Source: an uncultured virus (IMG/VR IMGVR_UViG_2648501449_000003) (Duplodnaviria; Heunggongvirae; Uroviricota; Caudoviricetes). From it: DNA of 64,000 bases. The translations under genes were made by a program, and so were the position numbers. Position 1 is the stretch's first letter, and every line of letters begins with the position of its first letter. Below are positions 48,078-58,347 of this stretch, piece after piece. The notes beneath the pieces were generated by a model. That model was not told where the DNA came from. It did not search any database and saw only the letters and a list, made by a program, of their open reading frames with translations. The DNA is taken from IMG/VR virus record IMGVR_UViG_2648501449_000003; one strand, given 5' to 3'.

Positions 48078-50521
48078 TGCCACGGTCTTTCGACCGCACC
48101 CCAGCGCCGTTCAACGACCCCAACCAGGGCATTGAGTTCCATATCGGCACCGCTTTTCAGCAAGGGCTGGACATGTGGAAGGCGATCATCGACGCCCTTG
48201 GGGAGTTCGCCGAAAACCTTGTCAAGGAACTCATTCAGAAGCTCCTAGGCTTGGACGTTGACCCGGAACAGGCGCTCGAGGATCTATGGAACCTGCTCAC
48301 CGGCTGGACTGACGATATCCCGATCCTCGGCGACATCATCCAGATCGTCAAGGACTTCCTCAACGGGAATTCATTCCCAGGTGTGCTGTCAATATCCCGC
48401 ATTGCCAACATCATCCAGGATCTGATCTACGGTGCGGGTGAGTTCCTGACCGCTGAGAGCGTCACCGATAATCCGTACTTCGACTGGGATTCGGTGACGC
48501 CCGGTTTCATCTCGGGCGGCTCGATCCGGGCGACCGCCAACGGCACGCAGCAGGTGTTGCGCACAGAGCCGTTCGAGGTGTTCCCGGGTCAAACGTTGGA
48601 GTTGCGCGCCGCTTCGCAGTGGACCGGTGCGAGCGCGACCGCCGGCTCAAACCCCGTCAAGGTCGGGTTCACACCATTCGACGCGGACGGCAACCCGCTG
48701 GCCGATGTCATTCGCGGTTCGCTGCAACCTTCTGGTGATCATGGTTGGCAATGGATTCCGGTCGCCGATAAATGGCCCGTGCCCGCCGGTGTGAAATACG
48801 TATCGCAGCTGCTCATCCTCGATGCCGGAGCCACGGCCGGAACCTTCCGTTTCTCGAACGCTTCGGCGTGGGCGTCGAACCTGCTGGACCTCGGGCTGGT
48901 CAAGGATCTGCGTGAGATGGTCGATGCCATCGGCGGTGTTGTGAATTCCGAGGCAGCCAACATCGAGGACCGCCTGCAGGCGATTACCGCTGACGGCAAG
49001 ATCACCGCCTCGGAGATCGTCGGCTTGATCCAACAGGCGCAGGTCTCGGGCCTGGCCATCATGCAAACGGTCATCAACCAGATTCTCGACATTCTCAACG
49101 GCAACATCGTGACCCCGATCAACTCCCTGGTGCAGGGGGTCAAGGACTGGTTTGGGCTGAACCAGAACAAGACTCAGAAGTTGACCAGCGGCGGAAATCT
49201 GACGACGGCCGACGTTACCGGCACGTTCGACATGAGCCGGGTCGATGATCTTGTCGATAACCTCGGCAACATTCTGTCTGGGGTCAAGGACGGCGCCGAC
49301 GGCGTGGGCACCGGCACCACGGGCGCTATCGGGGACCGCATCAATCAGGCCAAGGACTCGCTACTGGCGCTACTGGGCTTGTCGCAGGATGCGCTCAAAA
49401 GCGCCATCGCCGCACAGACCACCCTGCAAGAGCAGGAGACCGAGCAGAACACCGGCGACGGCAATAGCTACAGTTTCGTGTTCTCCGGGGCCGACGGTGC
49501 CGCACTGAATTCGACCGATTGGACCACCGGCCCCACGCCCGGCGATATCACCATTCGGGGCGACTCGGGGTATGCGGGTGTCAAGAACGGCAACCCTGAC
49601 GGGTACTACTTCGCCAGCCCCAACTACACCTATGCCACGGACGGGCAGTCCGCCTCATTCGTGCTCGGCAACACCCAAAACGGAAACTACTACTCCGGGG
49701 TGTTCATTCGCTGCAACGCCGATCGCACCACGGGCGCCTACTGCCTGGCCAAAGAGGGCGAGATCCGTATCGGCAAGTTCACCCGCTCGGGTTCTAGCTG
49801 GTCGTTCAGCACGCCGCTGACCCTGCAAACGGGCCTGTCGGCGGTTAAGCAGGGCGCGCGTATCGAGATCCGCTGCTCGGGAAGTAACTACTTCGTGCGC
49901 GTTAACGGACGCCAGATCCTGTCAGCCACCGACGCAGGAAACACCATCAGCATCGGTGCGGCGTACCGGTATTCGATGTTCAGCGTTCAGCGGGCCAGCC
50001 CGTTTTTCACCTACGACTCCTACCGGGTCGCGGCGTTCGCGATGTCCGACTACACCTCTGCGGGAGCGGGATTCTCGATGTCAAATTCGTGGAGCATCAG
50101 ACGCGACAGCACCGCCGACGTCACCTATGGCCCCTACTCGTCCGGCGCATTCCCTTCCGGGTTCTTCACATTCAACGACTACACCACCGACGTCACTCTC
50201 GACGACTTGGGCACGGCCCGCATCGAGATCGCCACCACCGGCCTGTACCGGATCAGCACCACCTACCGATCGGTCACCGCCAAAGGCACGTCCGTGCCCT
50301 ATTGGGTGGTGTACAAGAACGGCACCCGCATCACCGGCGCCATCCCATCGGGCTGCCCGTTTGAGATCCCTCTCGTGGCAGGAGATTTCGTGCAGCCGGG
50401 ATTTATCGCCGTCGACTACGACGTACGTTCCAACGGCTCGACAGGATCGGAAACCGTTGTCGCACGCAGCATCACAGCACTATCCGGCATCGCCACATTC
50501 GATGGCCGCCGAATCGCATAA
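48077..50521 (+). CDS. minor tail protein / putative receptor-binding protein
   Basis: 814 aa with beta-rich carbohydrate-binding-like segments. Confidence 0.75.
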   Translation: MPRSFDRTPAPFNDPNQGIEFHIGTAFQQGLDMWKAIIDALGEFAENLVKELIQKLLGLDVDPEQALEDLWNLLTGWTDDIPILGDIIQIVKDFLNGNSFPGVLSISRIANIIQDLIYGAGEFLTAESVTDNPYFDWDSVTPGFISGGSIRATANGTQQVLRTEPFEVFPGQTLELRAASQWTGASATAGSNPVKVGFTPFDADGNPLADVIRGSLQPSGDHGWQWIPVADKWPVPAGVKYVSQLLILDAGATAGTFRFSNASAWASNLLDLGLVKDLREMVDAIGGVVNSEAANIEDRLQAITADGKITASEIVGLIQQAQVSGLAIMQTVINQILDILNGNIVTPINSLVQGVKDWFGLNQNKTQKLTSGGNLTTADVTGTFDMSRVDDLVDNLGNILSGVKDGADGVGTGTTGAIGDRINQAKDSLLALLGLSQDALKSAIAAQTTLQEQETEQNTGDGNSYSFVFSGADGAALNSTDWTTGPTPGDITIRGDSGYAGVKNGNPDGYYFASPNYTYATDGQSASFVLGNTQNGNYYSGVFIRCNADRTTGAYCLAKEGEIRIGKFTRSGSSWSFSTPLTLQTGLSAVKQGARIEIRCSGSNYFVRVNGRQILSATDAGNTISIGAAYRYSMFSVQRASPFFTYDSYRVAAFAMSDYTSAGAGFSMSNSWSIRRDSTADVTYGPYSSGAFPSGFFTFNDYTTDVTLDDLGTARIEIATTGLYRISTTYRSVTAKGTSVPYWVVYKNGTRITGAIPSGCPFEIPLVAGDFVQPGFIAVDYDVRSNGSTGSETVVARSITALSGIATFDGRRIA

Positions 50522-50541
50522 CCCAGAGAGAGGCCCAAGAG

Positions 50542-50718
50542 ATGGCGACAACGTTCACCATGCCCGAACTGCCCGGTATCACCTTCACGGTAGAGCGCGG
50601 AGGACTCGACCCGGACGGGAAGCCCAACCCGTCCTGGATGCAAATTACCGGCACCCGCGATGCCGAGAATGACGAAGAGGCGCAGGTGGTCTCGCGCATA
50701 GGATTCGCTGGCCCGTAA
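50542..50718 (+). CDS. 58-aa tail-region protein (not in ORF track)
   Basis: MATTFTMPELPGITFTVERG...; fills the gap exactly. Confidence 0.65.
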   Translation: MATTFTMPELPGITFTVERGGLDPDGKPNPSWMQITGTRDAENDEEAQVVSRIGFAGP

Positions 50719-51873
50719 ATGCCCTGGTCTCCAAACCCGACCGTTCCCGCTGCGCGGTCGGGCGGTAAGTGGTCGCCCAATCCAGTCGCGCCAGCAAGCG
50801 CACCGGGAGGCCGGTGGCACGCCGTAATAGGCATCGACGCATCTCTGGCGATCATGTGCGTCGGCGAGGTCGAACTCATCGCCATGCAGGCGCTCGGGGT
50901 TGTGCAGTCGATTCACCTATCCCGAGACCTGGCGCTACAGGCGGTCTACCAACTGGCCGCGCAGCGATCGATCCTGGTCACCCGGAACCTGCAACTACAG
51001 GCCACATTCCAACAGGATCTCGCACTGGCCGTCACCATGGAACGCGCGCTATTCCTGGCCAAGGTCATCGGATGCGACCTCGCGCAGGCCGTGAGTATGA
51101 CCGGCACCATCTCATTGGCCCGGGTCGCGCCGATCGATTTGACGTGCAACATGACGGCGCCGCGATCGATCAGCTTCGACAAGCTACTGCCCGTCAACCT
51201 GACGCGCACCGTCTCGATGTCCTCGGCCCTGGTGATCGAACGGGTCGCCAAGATCGACGCCGCACTCACGGTGACCATGGCACGCGCCTGCACCCTCGGC
51301 TATCCGCCGGGCGGTTTGCCTGTCCTGGCCAGCTACACCACCGCCGGTGCGTTCACTCACAACATCGTGCGCAACTGCGACTTCATGGACTGCGTTGGGT
51401 GCGGTGCCGGAGGCGGCGGGGGTGGCGGTGACGGCGGCCTGGGCAGCACCGGACAGGGCGGCCGTAAAGGCGCATGGAACGCGCGCACCGTCGCCCGCAA
51501 CATCGACATCCCCGGCTCCGCATTGACCCTGACCGGCATGGTGGGCGCGCCCGGAGCCGCGGGAGCCAAGGAGAAAGACGGCGGCGCCGGCGGTGACACC
51601 ACATTCCTGATCAACGGAATCACCACCACGTGTGCCGGTGGCGCCGGCGGTAAAGGCGCCTACGCCGGCAACGGACTCAACCAGCCCGGCGAGGCTGCGG
51701 GCAACACCACCCTCAACGGCCAGACCTACACCGGCGGCGCGCAGGCAGGCACCAACACCAACGGCAACTCACCCGGAGGTGGCGGCGGCCCCGGCTCAGG
51801 CGGCGTATTCGGCATCGCCAACCCCGGACGCCTCGGCGGAACGGGCATAGCACATATCCGGTCGTATCAATAG
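50719..51873 (+). CDS. glycine-rich minor tail protein
   Basis: GAGGGGGGG...GGAGG repeats. Confidence 0.8.
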   Translation: MPWSPNPTVPAARSGGKWSPNPVAPASAPGGRWHAVIGIDASLAIMCVGEVELIAMQALGVVQSIHLSRDLALQAVYQLAAQRSILVTRNLQLQATFQQDLALAVTMERALFLAKVIGCDLAQAVSMTGTISLARVAPIDLTCNMTAPRSISFDKLLPVNLTRTVSMSSALVIERVAKIDAALTVTMARACTLGYPPGGLPVLASYTTAGAFTHNIVRNCDFMDCVGCGAGGGGGGGDGGLGSTGQGGRKGAWNARTVARNIDIPGSALTLTGMVGAPGAAGAKEKDGGAGGDTTFLINGITTTCAGGAGGKGAYAGNGLNQPGEAAGNTTLNGQTYTGGAQAGTNTNGNSPGGGGGPGSGGVFGIANPGRLGGTGIAHIRSYQ

Positions 51874-51888
51874 AAAGGGAAATCCACT

Positions 51889-52272
51889 ATGGCATGGGGA
51901 ATTTCGGCCTACCTGGCGAACAAGATTCTCGATCACATCTGCCGCAACGTGGCCTACACACCACCGGCAACCGTGTACGCCAAGATGCACACCGGCGATC
52001 CCGGCGCGAACGGAACAGCCAACGCATCCTCGGTGGCCACCCGCTACCCGTGTGCGTTCAACGCTGCTGCGGCCGGTTCGATCAGCCAATCCAACACCCC
52101 TGAACACACCCTCGGTGCCACGGAAACGATTGCCGGGGTGTCGTTCTGGGATCACCCCACGGCCGGGAACTTCTTGTGGTCATCGCAGGCCGCCGCCACC
52201 AAGTCCGGTGCCAGCGGCGACATCATCCGCATCAACACCGACACCCTGACTCTCTCGCCGTTAGCTGCATGA
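51889..52272 (+). CDS. minor tail protein
   Basis: YLANKILD...HTGDPGANGT...WDHPTAGNFL. Confidence 0.75.
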   Translation: MAWGISAYLANKILDHICRNVAYTPPATVYAKMHTGDPGANGTANASSVATRYPCAFNAAAAGSISQSNTPEHTLGATETIAGVSFWDHPTAGNFLWSSQAAATKSGASGDIIRINTDTLTLSPLAA

Positions 52273-52406
52273 TGTTCTCTCAACTGCTGCGGTACCCCGC
52301 CTTCTACGCCGTTATCGGGTTGGCGGGGTTCGGGTTCGGAGTGTGGTTCCGGCGCTCCCACTGGGCGGGTAGGCCTGGGCTTGATCCGCGGATCGGAGGT
52401 ATCTGA
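52269..52406 (+). CDS. 45-aa membrane peptide
   Basis: ATGA-coupled; single TM helix. Confidence 0.55.
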   Translation: MMFSQLLRYPAFYAVIGLAGFGFGVWFRRSHWAGRPGLDPRIGGI

Positions 52407-52456
52407 TGCTGCGCAAGATCAATGAGTGGCTGGCCGCGATCTGGTGGTCGTACTGA
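52406..52456 (+). CDS. 16-aa micropeptide MLRKINEWLAAIWWSY
   Basis: TGATG coupling at both ends; GGAGGT RBS. Confidence 0.45.
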   Translation: MLRKINEWLAAIWWSY

Positions 52457-53829
52457 TGGCCGTGCTACGTACGAACGTCGAGTTCGCAAAGCGGATCTTC
52501 CAAGACCGTGTCGGCAACGACTACGTCTACGGCGGGAACTGGAATCCGTTCAACCTTAAGGTCGGCACCGACTGCTCCGGTCTCGTCATCGATATCTGTG
52601 ATGCGGTGCGCAACGGGACCGCGATGGCCTGGACTCGGCATGGGATGTCCACCGAGAGCTGGCGTCCGATTGAAGTAGGGCAGACCGGAACCATCTTCAA
52701 CACCATATGCGTTGCGTCGCCGAACGACTTTCCGGCTGATGCTGCGGTGAAGATCGCCATCCACCACGGCCCTGGCGGTGGAGCGAATAGCCACATGTGG
52801 TGTGAGGTTGAGGGAATCCGCATGGAGTCCAACGGCTCCGATGGGTGTGTGACCGGGAACCAGGCGCGGTCCGTGTACGACACGAGCTATGCGAACGACT
52901 GGCACTACCTGCCCGGACCCATCACAGGCCAGGTAGGTGTCGATCCCGCAGGAGTGCTGGCACGTGCCACCGGGCTAAGTGTCGCGAGGGCTTCGCAGAT
53001 CCTACCCGCGGTGTCGGACGGGCTCAAGGCTAGTCAGTGCACGAACGTCAATCGGATCGCGATGTGGCTGGCGCAGGTCGGCCACGAGTCAGCCGGCTTC
53101 AATGCCACCGAAGAGTATGCCTCCGGTGCCGCCTATGAAGGGCGTGCAGATCTGGGTAACACCCAACCCGGGGATGGGGTGCGGTTCAAGGGCCGCAGCT
53201 GGATTCAGATCACCGGCCGCAACAACTACGCAGCGTTCTCGCGGTGGTGTTCGGGTAAAGGACTCGTTCTGTCGCCAACGGAATTCGTTGATAACCCGAA
53301 CCGACTGGCCGAACTGCGGTGGGCCGGTATAGGTGCGGCTTGGTACTGGACGGTCGCCCGCCCGGACATCAACGCCCTGTCGGATCGGCAGGACTTAGAG
53401 ACCGTCACGCGCCGAATCAACGGCGGCACCAACGGCTTGGCTGATCGTCGCGACCGATACAACCGCGCCCTACTCCAGGGCGATGCGCTTCTGCAACTAC
53501 TCACTGAACCGCTGGACCCGATTGAGGAGCTACTGATGTCAGACCTTCAGGTCGAATCCCTATCCATCTACGCCACCCCAGGTGAGCCGTTGATCCCGAT
53601 TGTTCGCATGGTGCAGGCCATCGACGCCGCGGAGCACCGCAAGCTCGTCGAGGACTGGGCGCGCACCGGGGATGCAGACGCACTATCCCGTATCGCCCGC
53701 ACCGCGGCGGGGCAAGGGAAGTTCCGTGACGCCGCCACCATCGCACACGCCAAAGCCGTGCTCGCTGACATTGAAGCCACTAACCCTGCAGTCCTGCAGG
53801 AGTTCATCTCTCAGAAGGGACAATCATGA
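52456..53829 (+). CDS. lysA: lysin A (NlpC/P60-like peptidase + GH19 glycosidase)
   Basis: YVYGG...DCSG...H; AQVGHES...DLGNTQPGDG..FKGR..IQITGR.NY...INGG. Confidence 0.92.
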   Translation: MAVLRTNVEFAKRIFQDRVGNDYVYGGNWNPFNLKVGTDCSGLVIDICDAVRNGTAMAWTRHGMSTESWRPIEVGQTGTIFNTICVASPNDFPADAAVKIAIHHGPGGGANSHMWCEVEGIRMESNGSDGCVTGNQARSVYDTSYANDWHYLPGPITGQVGVDPAGVLARATGLSVARASQILPAVSDGLKASQCTNVNRIAMWLAQVGHESAGFNATEEYASGAAYEGRADLGNTQPGDGVRFKGRSWIQITGRNNYAAFSRWCSGKGLVLSPTEFVDNPNRLAELRWAGIGAAWYWTVARPDINALSDRQDLETVTRRINGGTNGLADRRDRYNRALLQGDALLQLLTEPLDPIEELLMSDLQVESLSIYATPGEPLIPIVRMVQAIDAAEHRKLVEDWARTGDADALSRIARTAAGQGKFRDAATIAHAKAVLADIEATNPAVLQEFISQKGQS

Positions 53830-54242
53830 CCGCCCAGATTCGCAAGTGGTACTACCTCATCGGCGCACTGGTGACAGCGCTCGTGCCGATTCTGGTGACC
53901 TCCGGTGTCGTCAGTGACACCCAGGGCAATGCGTGGATCAACGCCGTTGTAGCTATCGGTGGCGTTCTGGGTGCTGCGGGTCTCGGCACTGCCGGTGTGG
54001 TCTTGGGCAAGCAGATCAAGGGAGCCCCCGGTGCCGCAGCGGACAAGGCCGTCACAAGCCTGCAGGACATCCAGGCTCAGCTGAACTCCACCGCGCAGGC
54101 CGCGCAGGACCAGCTTGCCGCCGCCACCCAGGTTGCCGTGGACAGCATCACCAAGATTCAGGCCACCGTAGGCAATGTCGTCGGCCCGCAGGTTTCCCTC
54201 GGCCCGCTGGCTGCCGAGGTCATCAAGAGCGTGACTGAGTGA
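53826..54242 (+). CDS. holin
   Basis: Two N-terminal TM helices; between lysA and lysB. Confidence 0.8.
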   Translation: MTAQIRKWYYLIGALVTALVPILVTSGVVSDTQGNAWINAVVAIGGVLGAAGLGTAGVVLGKQIKGAPGAAADKAVTSLQDIQAQLNSTAQAAQDQLAAATQVAVDSITKIQATVGNVVGPQVSLGPLAAEVIKSVTE

Positions 54243-55207
54243 TCCTCACCCTCGGTTCTCACGGGGAGGTAGTAGCGAGGTGGCAGCGGGTCATGTTGGC
54301 CCGCTTCGCCTCCTACGCCAAAGCCGCCGATGGGGGACCACTGAAGGTCGACTCGTATTTCGGGTACGACGACCAAGCCGTCCAGAAGGAATATCAGCGC
54401 CGCACGAACCAACCTCAGACGGGTGAGGTCTCGCAAGCGGATCTGGTGAAGCTGGGTTTGACGCCGCTGTTCTTCACGGTCGAGGGACACCTGTCCGACA
54501 TGTACCAGGGGCCTTGTGCTTTCGTGGCCTCTACTTTGGAGCGTGAAGGGCGGGCGGTGTGGCGGCCCACCGGCTATGACAACGTGCGGTTGCCGTTCAA
54601 CAACCAGTCCGGTGTGGACGAACTCGTCAACCGTCTGGATACCAAGCTGTTCGACGACGGCACACCCTTCCCTGAAGGAACACCCTGGAATCTGGCGATC
54701 TTCAGCCAGGGCGCGATGGTCGGCTGCGAGGTCATGGAAAAGCACGTCCTACCGACTAATGGCAGGTTGCATTACCGGCTCAAGGACTTCCGCAAGGGTA
54801 TTGCATTTGGGAACCCCTACCGCCTGATCAACCAGTGCGCCCCTTGGGTTCCCGACCCGCCCCAGCCCAACACGCAGGGAATCATGGACTGGCACTTTGA
54901 CTTCCTGAAATACCCCGAGCTGGCGGGGAAGTGGCAAGAGCATGCCCGCACCCGCGACTGGTACGCCGAGAACCGGTTGGACGAGGCAGGTCAGAACATG
55001 ACCGCGATCGCAAAGATCATCACCCAATCCTCCTGGACCGGTGGGGCTTCCTCGATAGTTGCCCGAATCATGGACCTATTCATCAACCCATTCGACGGGT
55101 TGATCGACATCGTGTGGGCGATCGTCCGAACCTTCCAGGGCATCGCCCACTTGGAGGCCCACGGCACGTACGACCTGAATCCAGTCCTTGACTGGTTCCG
55201 TGCTTAA
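54239..55207 (+). CDS. lysB: lysin B (cutinase-like esterase with PG-binding N-terminus)
   Basis: FSQGA nucleophile motif, FGNP, HGTY. Confidence 0.85.
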   Translation: MILTLGSHGEVVARWQRVMLARFASYAKAADGGPLKVDSYFGYDDQAVQKEYQRRTNQPQTGEVSQADLVKLGLTPLFFTVEGHLSDMYQGPCAFVASTLEREGRAVWRPTGYDNVRLPFNNQSGVDELVNRLDTKLFDDGTPFPEGTPWNLAIFSQGAMVGCEVMEKHVLPTNGRLHYRLKDFRKGIAFGNPYRLINQCAPWVPDPPQPNTQGIMDWHFDFLKYPELAGKWQEHARTRDWYAENRLDEAGQNMTAIAKIITQSSWTGGASSIVARIMDLFINPFDGLIDIVWAIVRTFQGIAHLEAHGTYDLNPVLDWFRA

Positions 55208-55255
55208 CAACTGAATAGAGCCCTCGAAGCGCCCCATGAAAGGCGGTTCAAACAA

Positions 55256-55477
55256 ATGTCCATCCGGGAACAACTGGCCGAGGCCGCCAAGCCGAAGCAG
55301 CGCTGCACATGCTGTGCATGGGTCGCTACGCAGAGTGCAGATGACCGTAAGGCTATTGAGGAATGGGTAGCCGAAGGGAAGTCGATTGAGGCGCTTGTCC
55401 GCGTGCTGCGGAATGAGGGTCTTCCGGTGGGGCCGGTGCAGTTCCGGCGTCACGTGCGAGAGTGTGTGCGCTCTTGA
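55256..55477 (+). CDS. small Zn-binding/HTH protein
   Basis: CTCC...RRHVREC. Confidence 0.65.
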   Translation: MSIREQLAEAAKPKQRCTCCAWVATQSADDRKAIEEWVAEGKSIEALVRVLRNEGLPVGPVQFRRHVRECVRS

Positions 55478-56670
55478 GTATCCGTGACAGCCTCAATAGT
55501 CGCCGCCCCGTGCCGGAAGAGTCGGCACCAGAGCAGGCGAAAATGCGCGCGGAGTGGGACGGCACCGCAGGTTTTATTCAGACGGGCAAGGTCTCAGATG
55601 ACTTCGATGAGCAGGACTTCGAGGGCATCCTTCGCGAGTTCGCCGACGAACTGCACTACGACCCAGCCAAGGTTGAGATTGCCGGTAACCCACAGGTCGT
55701 GGTGTGGGAGACGGGCTTCCGCAACAAGGAGGGGGAGTGGGAGAAGCATAAGCACCACTCCTGGCGGTATCACCTCGCCGTCCGGCGTTGGGCTATAGAC
55801 CTACCCGCCTTGTATGCGGAGGTCCGCAAGACGAGGCCGGTGCAGCCGAAGAAACCCACAGGGGAGTCGACGGTTGTGGTGTGCTGGGCAGACATTCAAA
55901 CCGGGAAGGTCGACCACCTCGGCGGCGTCAAAGAGTTATTACTGCGCCTTCAGGAAAAGCGGGAAAACCTGAACGCCTACCTGAAACGTTCAAGGTTTGA
56001 TCGCATCATCATCGCGGACGTGGGCGACATTGTGGAGGGCTTCGACAACGTCACAGCCCAAACCCGCACCAACGGCCTATCTCTCATGGATCAGGTCGAG
56101 GTTGCCGCCACGGAGTTCTGGAAGACCATCACCCTGTGCGCCAAGCACGCCCCGGTGGATGTGCTGTCCATCCCGTCCAATCACGGCCAGTGGCGCCGCG
56201 GGAAGGATCTAATCGGGAAGCCCACCGACGACTGGGGATTGGCTATCTCGAAACGTCTTGAATGGCACAACAACCCCGACAACCAAGGCCCGAACCTGCC
56301 GGTAGATTTCCACCGGCCGCCCGAGTGGTGCGAGACACTGCAGTTCGATGTACGCGGCACCAGGTTGGGGTTGGCGCATGGCCACCAAGCCTCCGGCGCT
56401 GACCGGGTTAAGACGTGGTGGGAGAAGATGACCCACGGCGGCGTCATGGACTGCCACGTCCTCTTGACTGGACATTTCCACTACGCCAGCCTGCGCCCCC
56501 ATGGGCGGGATCAAGTAACGGGTAAGGCGCGCTGGCACATCCAAGCCTCAACCCTGGACAACGGCTCCGCATGGGTGATGAACAAGATGGGCGAAGAACG
56601 GACACCGGCACTGACGGTGTTCCAGATCAACAACGACGGCTTCGACGTACAGAGCTTCGCCCTCCTATGA
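55474..56670 (+). CDS. Mre11-like metallophosphoesterase
   Basis: ADIQ, GDIVEG, SNHG, AHGH, GHFH. Confidence 0.85.
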   Translation: MSIRDSLNSRRPVPEESAPEQAKMRAEWDGTAGFIQTGKVSDDFDEQDFEGILREFADELHYDPAKVEIAGNPQVVVWETGFRNKEGEWEKHKHHSWRYHLAVRRWAIDLPALYAEVRKTRPVQPKKPTGESTVVVCWADIQTGKVDHLGGVKELLLRLQEKRENLNAYLKRSRFDRIIIADVGDIVEGFDNVTAQTRTNGLSLMDQVEVAATEFWKTITLCAKHAPVDVLSIPSNHGQWRRGKDLIGKPTDDWGLAISKRLEWHNNPDNQGPNLPVDFHRPPEWCETLQFDVRGTRLGLAHGHQASGADRVKTWWEKMTHGGVMDCHVLLTGHFHYASLRPHGRDQVTGKARWHIQASTLDNGSAWVMNKMGEERTPALTVFQINNDGFDVQSFALL

Positions 56671-57314
56671 AACGTCACGATACGATTCAAGTAGGCGCCA
56701 ACGCTGAAAAGCGCTGCCCGAGATGCGAAACCGTCAAGCCCGTCACGGCATTCTCGGTTGACCGTAACCGAAAAAGCGGCCGAAACTGTTACTGCCTCGA
56801 ATGTACGCGTAGGACCAACCGGGCGTCGTATAGCCGGAACTTCGAGGGTGGGAAAGCCCGGAAGGCGGCAGCCTACAAGCGTGACCGTGAGAAGTTTTTG
56901 GCGCGAAACAGGCGCTGGCGGGCTGATAATTACGAACGCGAGCTGGAAACGAACCGTAAGTACTACCACGATAACAAGGCTCAAGTTCGGGCCTGGCACA
57001 AGCGCTACTACGAAGCTAATAAGGATGCAGCTTTCGCGGCAAGTCAGCGGCGGCGAGCTCGCATGCGGTCCGCTGCTACCGCCCCGTTCTCCATGGACGA
57101 TCTGCGGATGAAGTGGCGCTACTGGGGTAATAGGTGCTGGATCTGCGGCGGGAATCCCACTGCGACTGATCACGTCAAGCCACTGAGCAAAGGCGGTGCC
57201 CATATGCTGTGCAACCTCAGGCCGATCTGCAAACCTTGCAACTCGGCAAAGCATGACAAGTGGCCGTATCAGCGTCCGATACCCGCTGATACTTCCGAAG
57301 ATGTCGCGAGCTAG
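56667..57314 (+). CDS. HNH endonuclease
   Basis: CPRC...CLEC; CWICG...DHVKPLSKGG...NLRPICKPCNSAK. Confidence 0.9.
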   Translation: MKRHDTIQVGANAEKRCPRCETVKPVTAFSVDRNRKSGRNCYCLECTRRTNRASYSRNFEGGKARKAAAYKRDREKFLARNRRWRADNYERELETNRKYYHDNKAQVRAWHKRYYEANKDAAFAASQRRRARMRSAATAPFSMDDLRMKWRYWGNRCWICGGNPTATDHVKPLSKGGAHMLCNLRPICKPCNSAKHDKWPYQRPIPADTSEDVAS

Positions 57315-57316
57315 CT

Positions 57317-57541
57317 ATGAGTGAACACCCTGACGAACTCATACAGAAGTACGTCGAAGCAATGGATCAAGAACCGGGCTGGCGGGTATCAGATTTCGTG
57401 CTCATGGTCGGGTTCGAGAGAGTCCAAGCGGACGGCACCATAGAGCACACTTACGGCGTGCATGAAGGTGAGAACCAATCGCCCTGGGCTACACACGGTT
57501 TAGTCGCCAACGGTATAGAACACCTAGAACGAACTGAGTGA
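57317..57541 (+). CDS. hypothetical protein
   Basis: 74-aa ORF, QSPWATHGL. Confidence 0.6.
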   Translation: MSEHPDELIQKYVEAMDQEPGWRVSDFVLMVGFERVQADGTIEHTYGVHEGENQSPWATHGLVANGIEHLERTE

Positions 57542-57862
57542 CTACGGCTGGCTGTTCCAATGGGCTAGGTCTTCATCGTCGATCAGTGTGACGACTATCT
57601 GGGCGATCCGCTCATCACTCTCGTCAGTGCCGTAGTCCACGATCCACGCCCAGATGTCGTAGCCGCCGTCGCCGAATCCTGCCGAAAACTGCACCCCGGA
57701 CCCGTACTTACTGAATAGGTTGTGACCACTACCGATTCCTGGATACTTGGCTGGGGCAAAAGCGGGGTCGGTGATCGCGGCCATGGCCGAGTCGACCGAG
57801 ACGCCGCCGATGCGTTCCCATCGACCGTTGCGGCCTGGGGCTGGTGTTGGTGGTTCACCCAT
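57542..57862 (-). CDS. DUF4241-like protein
   Basis: VSVDSA...FSAGFGDGGYDIW; started by module copy 7. Confidence 0.55.
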   Translation of the reverse strand: MGEPPTPAPGRNGRWERIGGVSVDSAMAAITDPAFAPAKYPGIGSGHNLFSKYGSGVQFSAGFGDGGYDIWAWIVDYGTDESDERIAQIVVTLIDDEDLAHWNSQP

Positions 57863-57903
57863 CCCTCAATTTTACGCCGTTGCAGTCGAAGTCGCGGTGT
57901 CTA
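57860..57903 (-). repeat. 44-bp module, copy 7
   Basis: TAGACACCGCGACTTCGACTGCAACGGCGTAAAATTGAGGGATG on the minus strand. Confidence 0.9.
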
Positions 57904-58042
57904 GGCCCCGCGCGAGGAGAGCGCGCAGGGAACTAGCTCACCGTACCGCGCTCTTTTTTAGATGTATCTGGTGTTGCGTCGAAAAATAGCCCGCTGCCTG
58001 CATGTTTCTTTTTTATCCACAACCTAATCGGGGAGGGTTCCC

Positions 58043-58285
58043 ATGGCCTTACATCCATCTGATTGGGCGTGGATCACTATGGCTGCTGGGATCGTCGCCT
58101 ACGAGATAGCTTGCCCACCCGGGGAACTGCTATCGGACGCCACTGCACGGTACGGGCAGTCCCACATGTTCCTCAGCTCCGCCGTGATCGGGGTAGTGGC
58201 CGTTCATCTGCTGCGCACCACCGGACTGCTGCGGTTCATCCCCGAACAGCTCGACCTAATCCATTTGTTGGCTTCACTGAAATGA
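58043..58285 (+). CDS. membrane protein
   Basis: Two hydrophobic segments, GELLS; GGAGG RBS. Confidence 0.7.
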   Translation: MALHPSDWAWITMAAGIVAYEIACPPGELLSDATARYGQSHMFLSSAVIGVVAVHLLRTTGLLRFIPEQLDLIHLLASLK

Positions 58286-58347
58286 GAGGACACCGCTATG
58301 TGCAGAGTTGAGACCTGGAAGTGTGAGCCGACAGTGGAGACTTCGCG

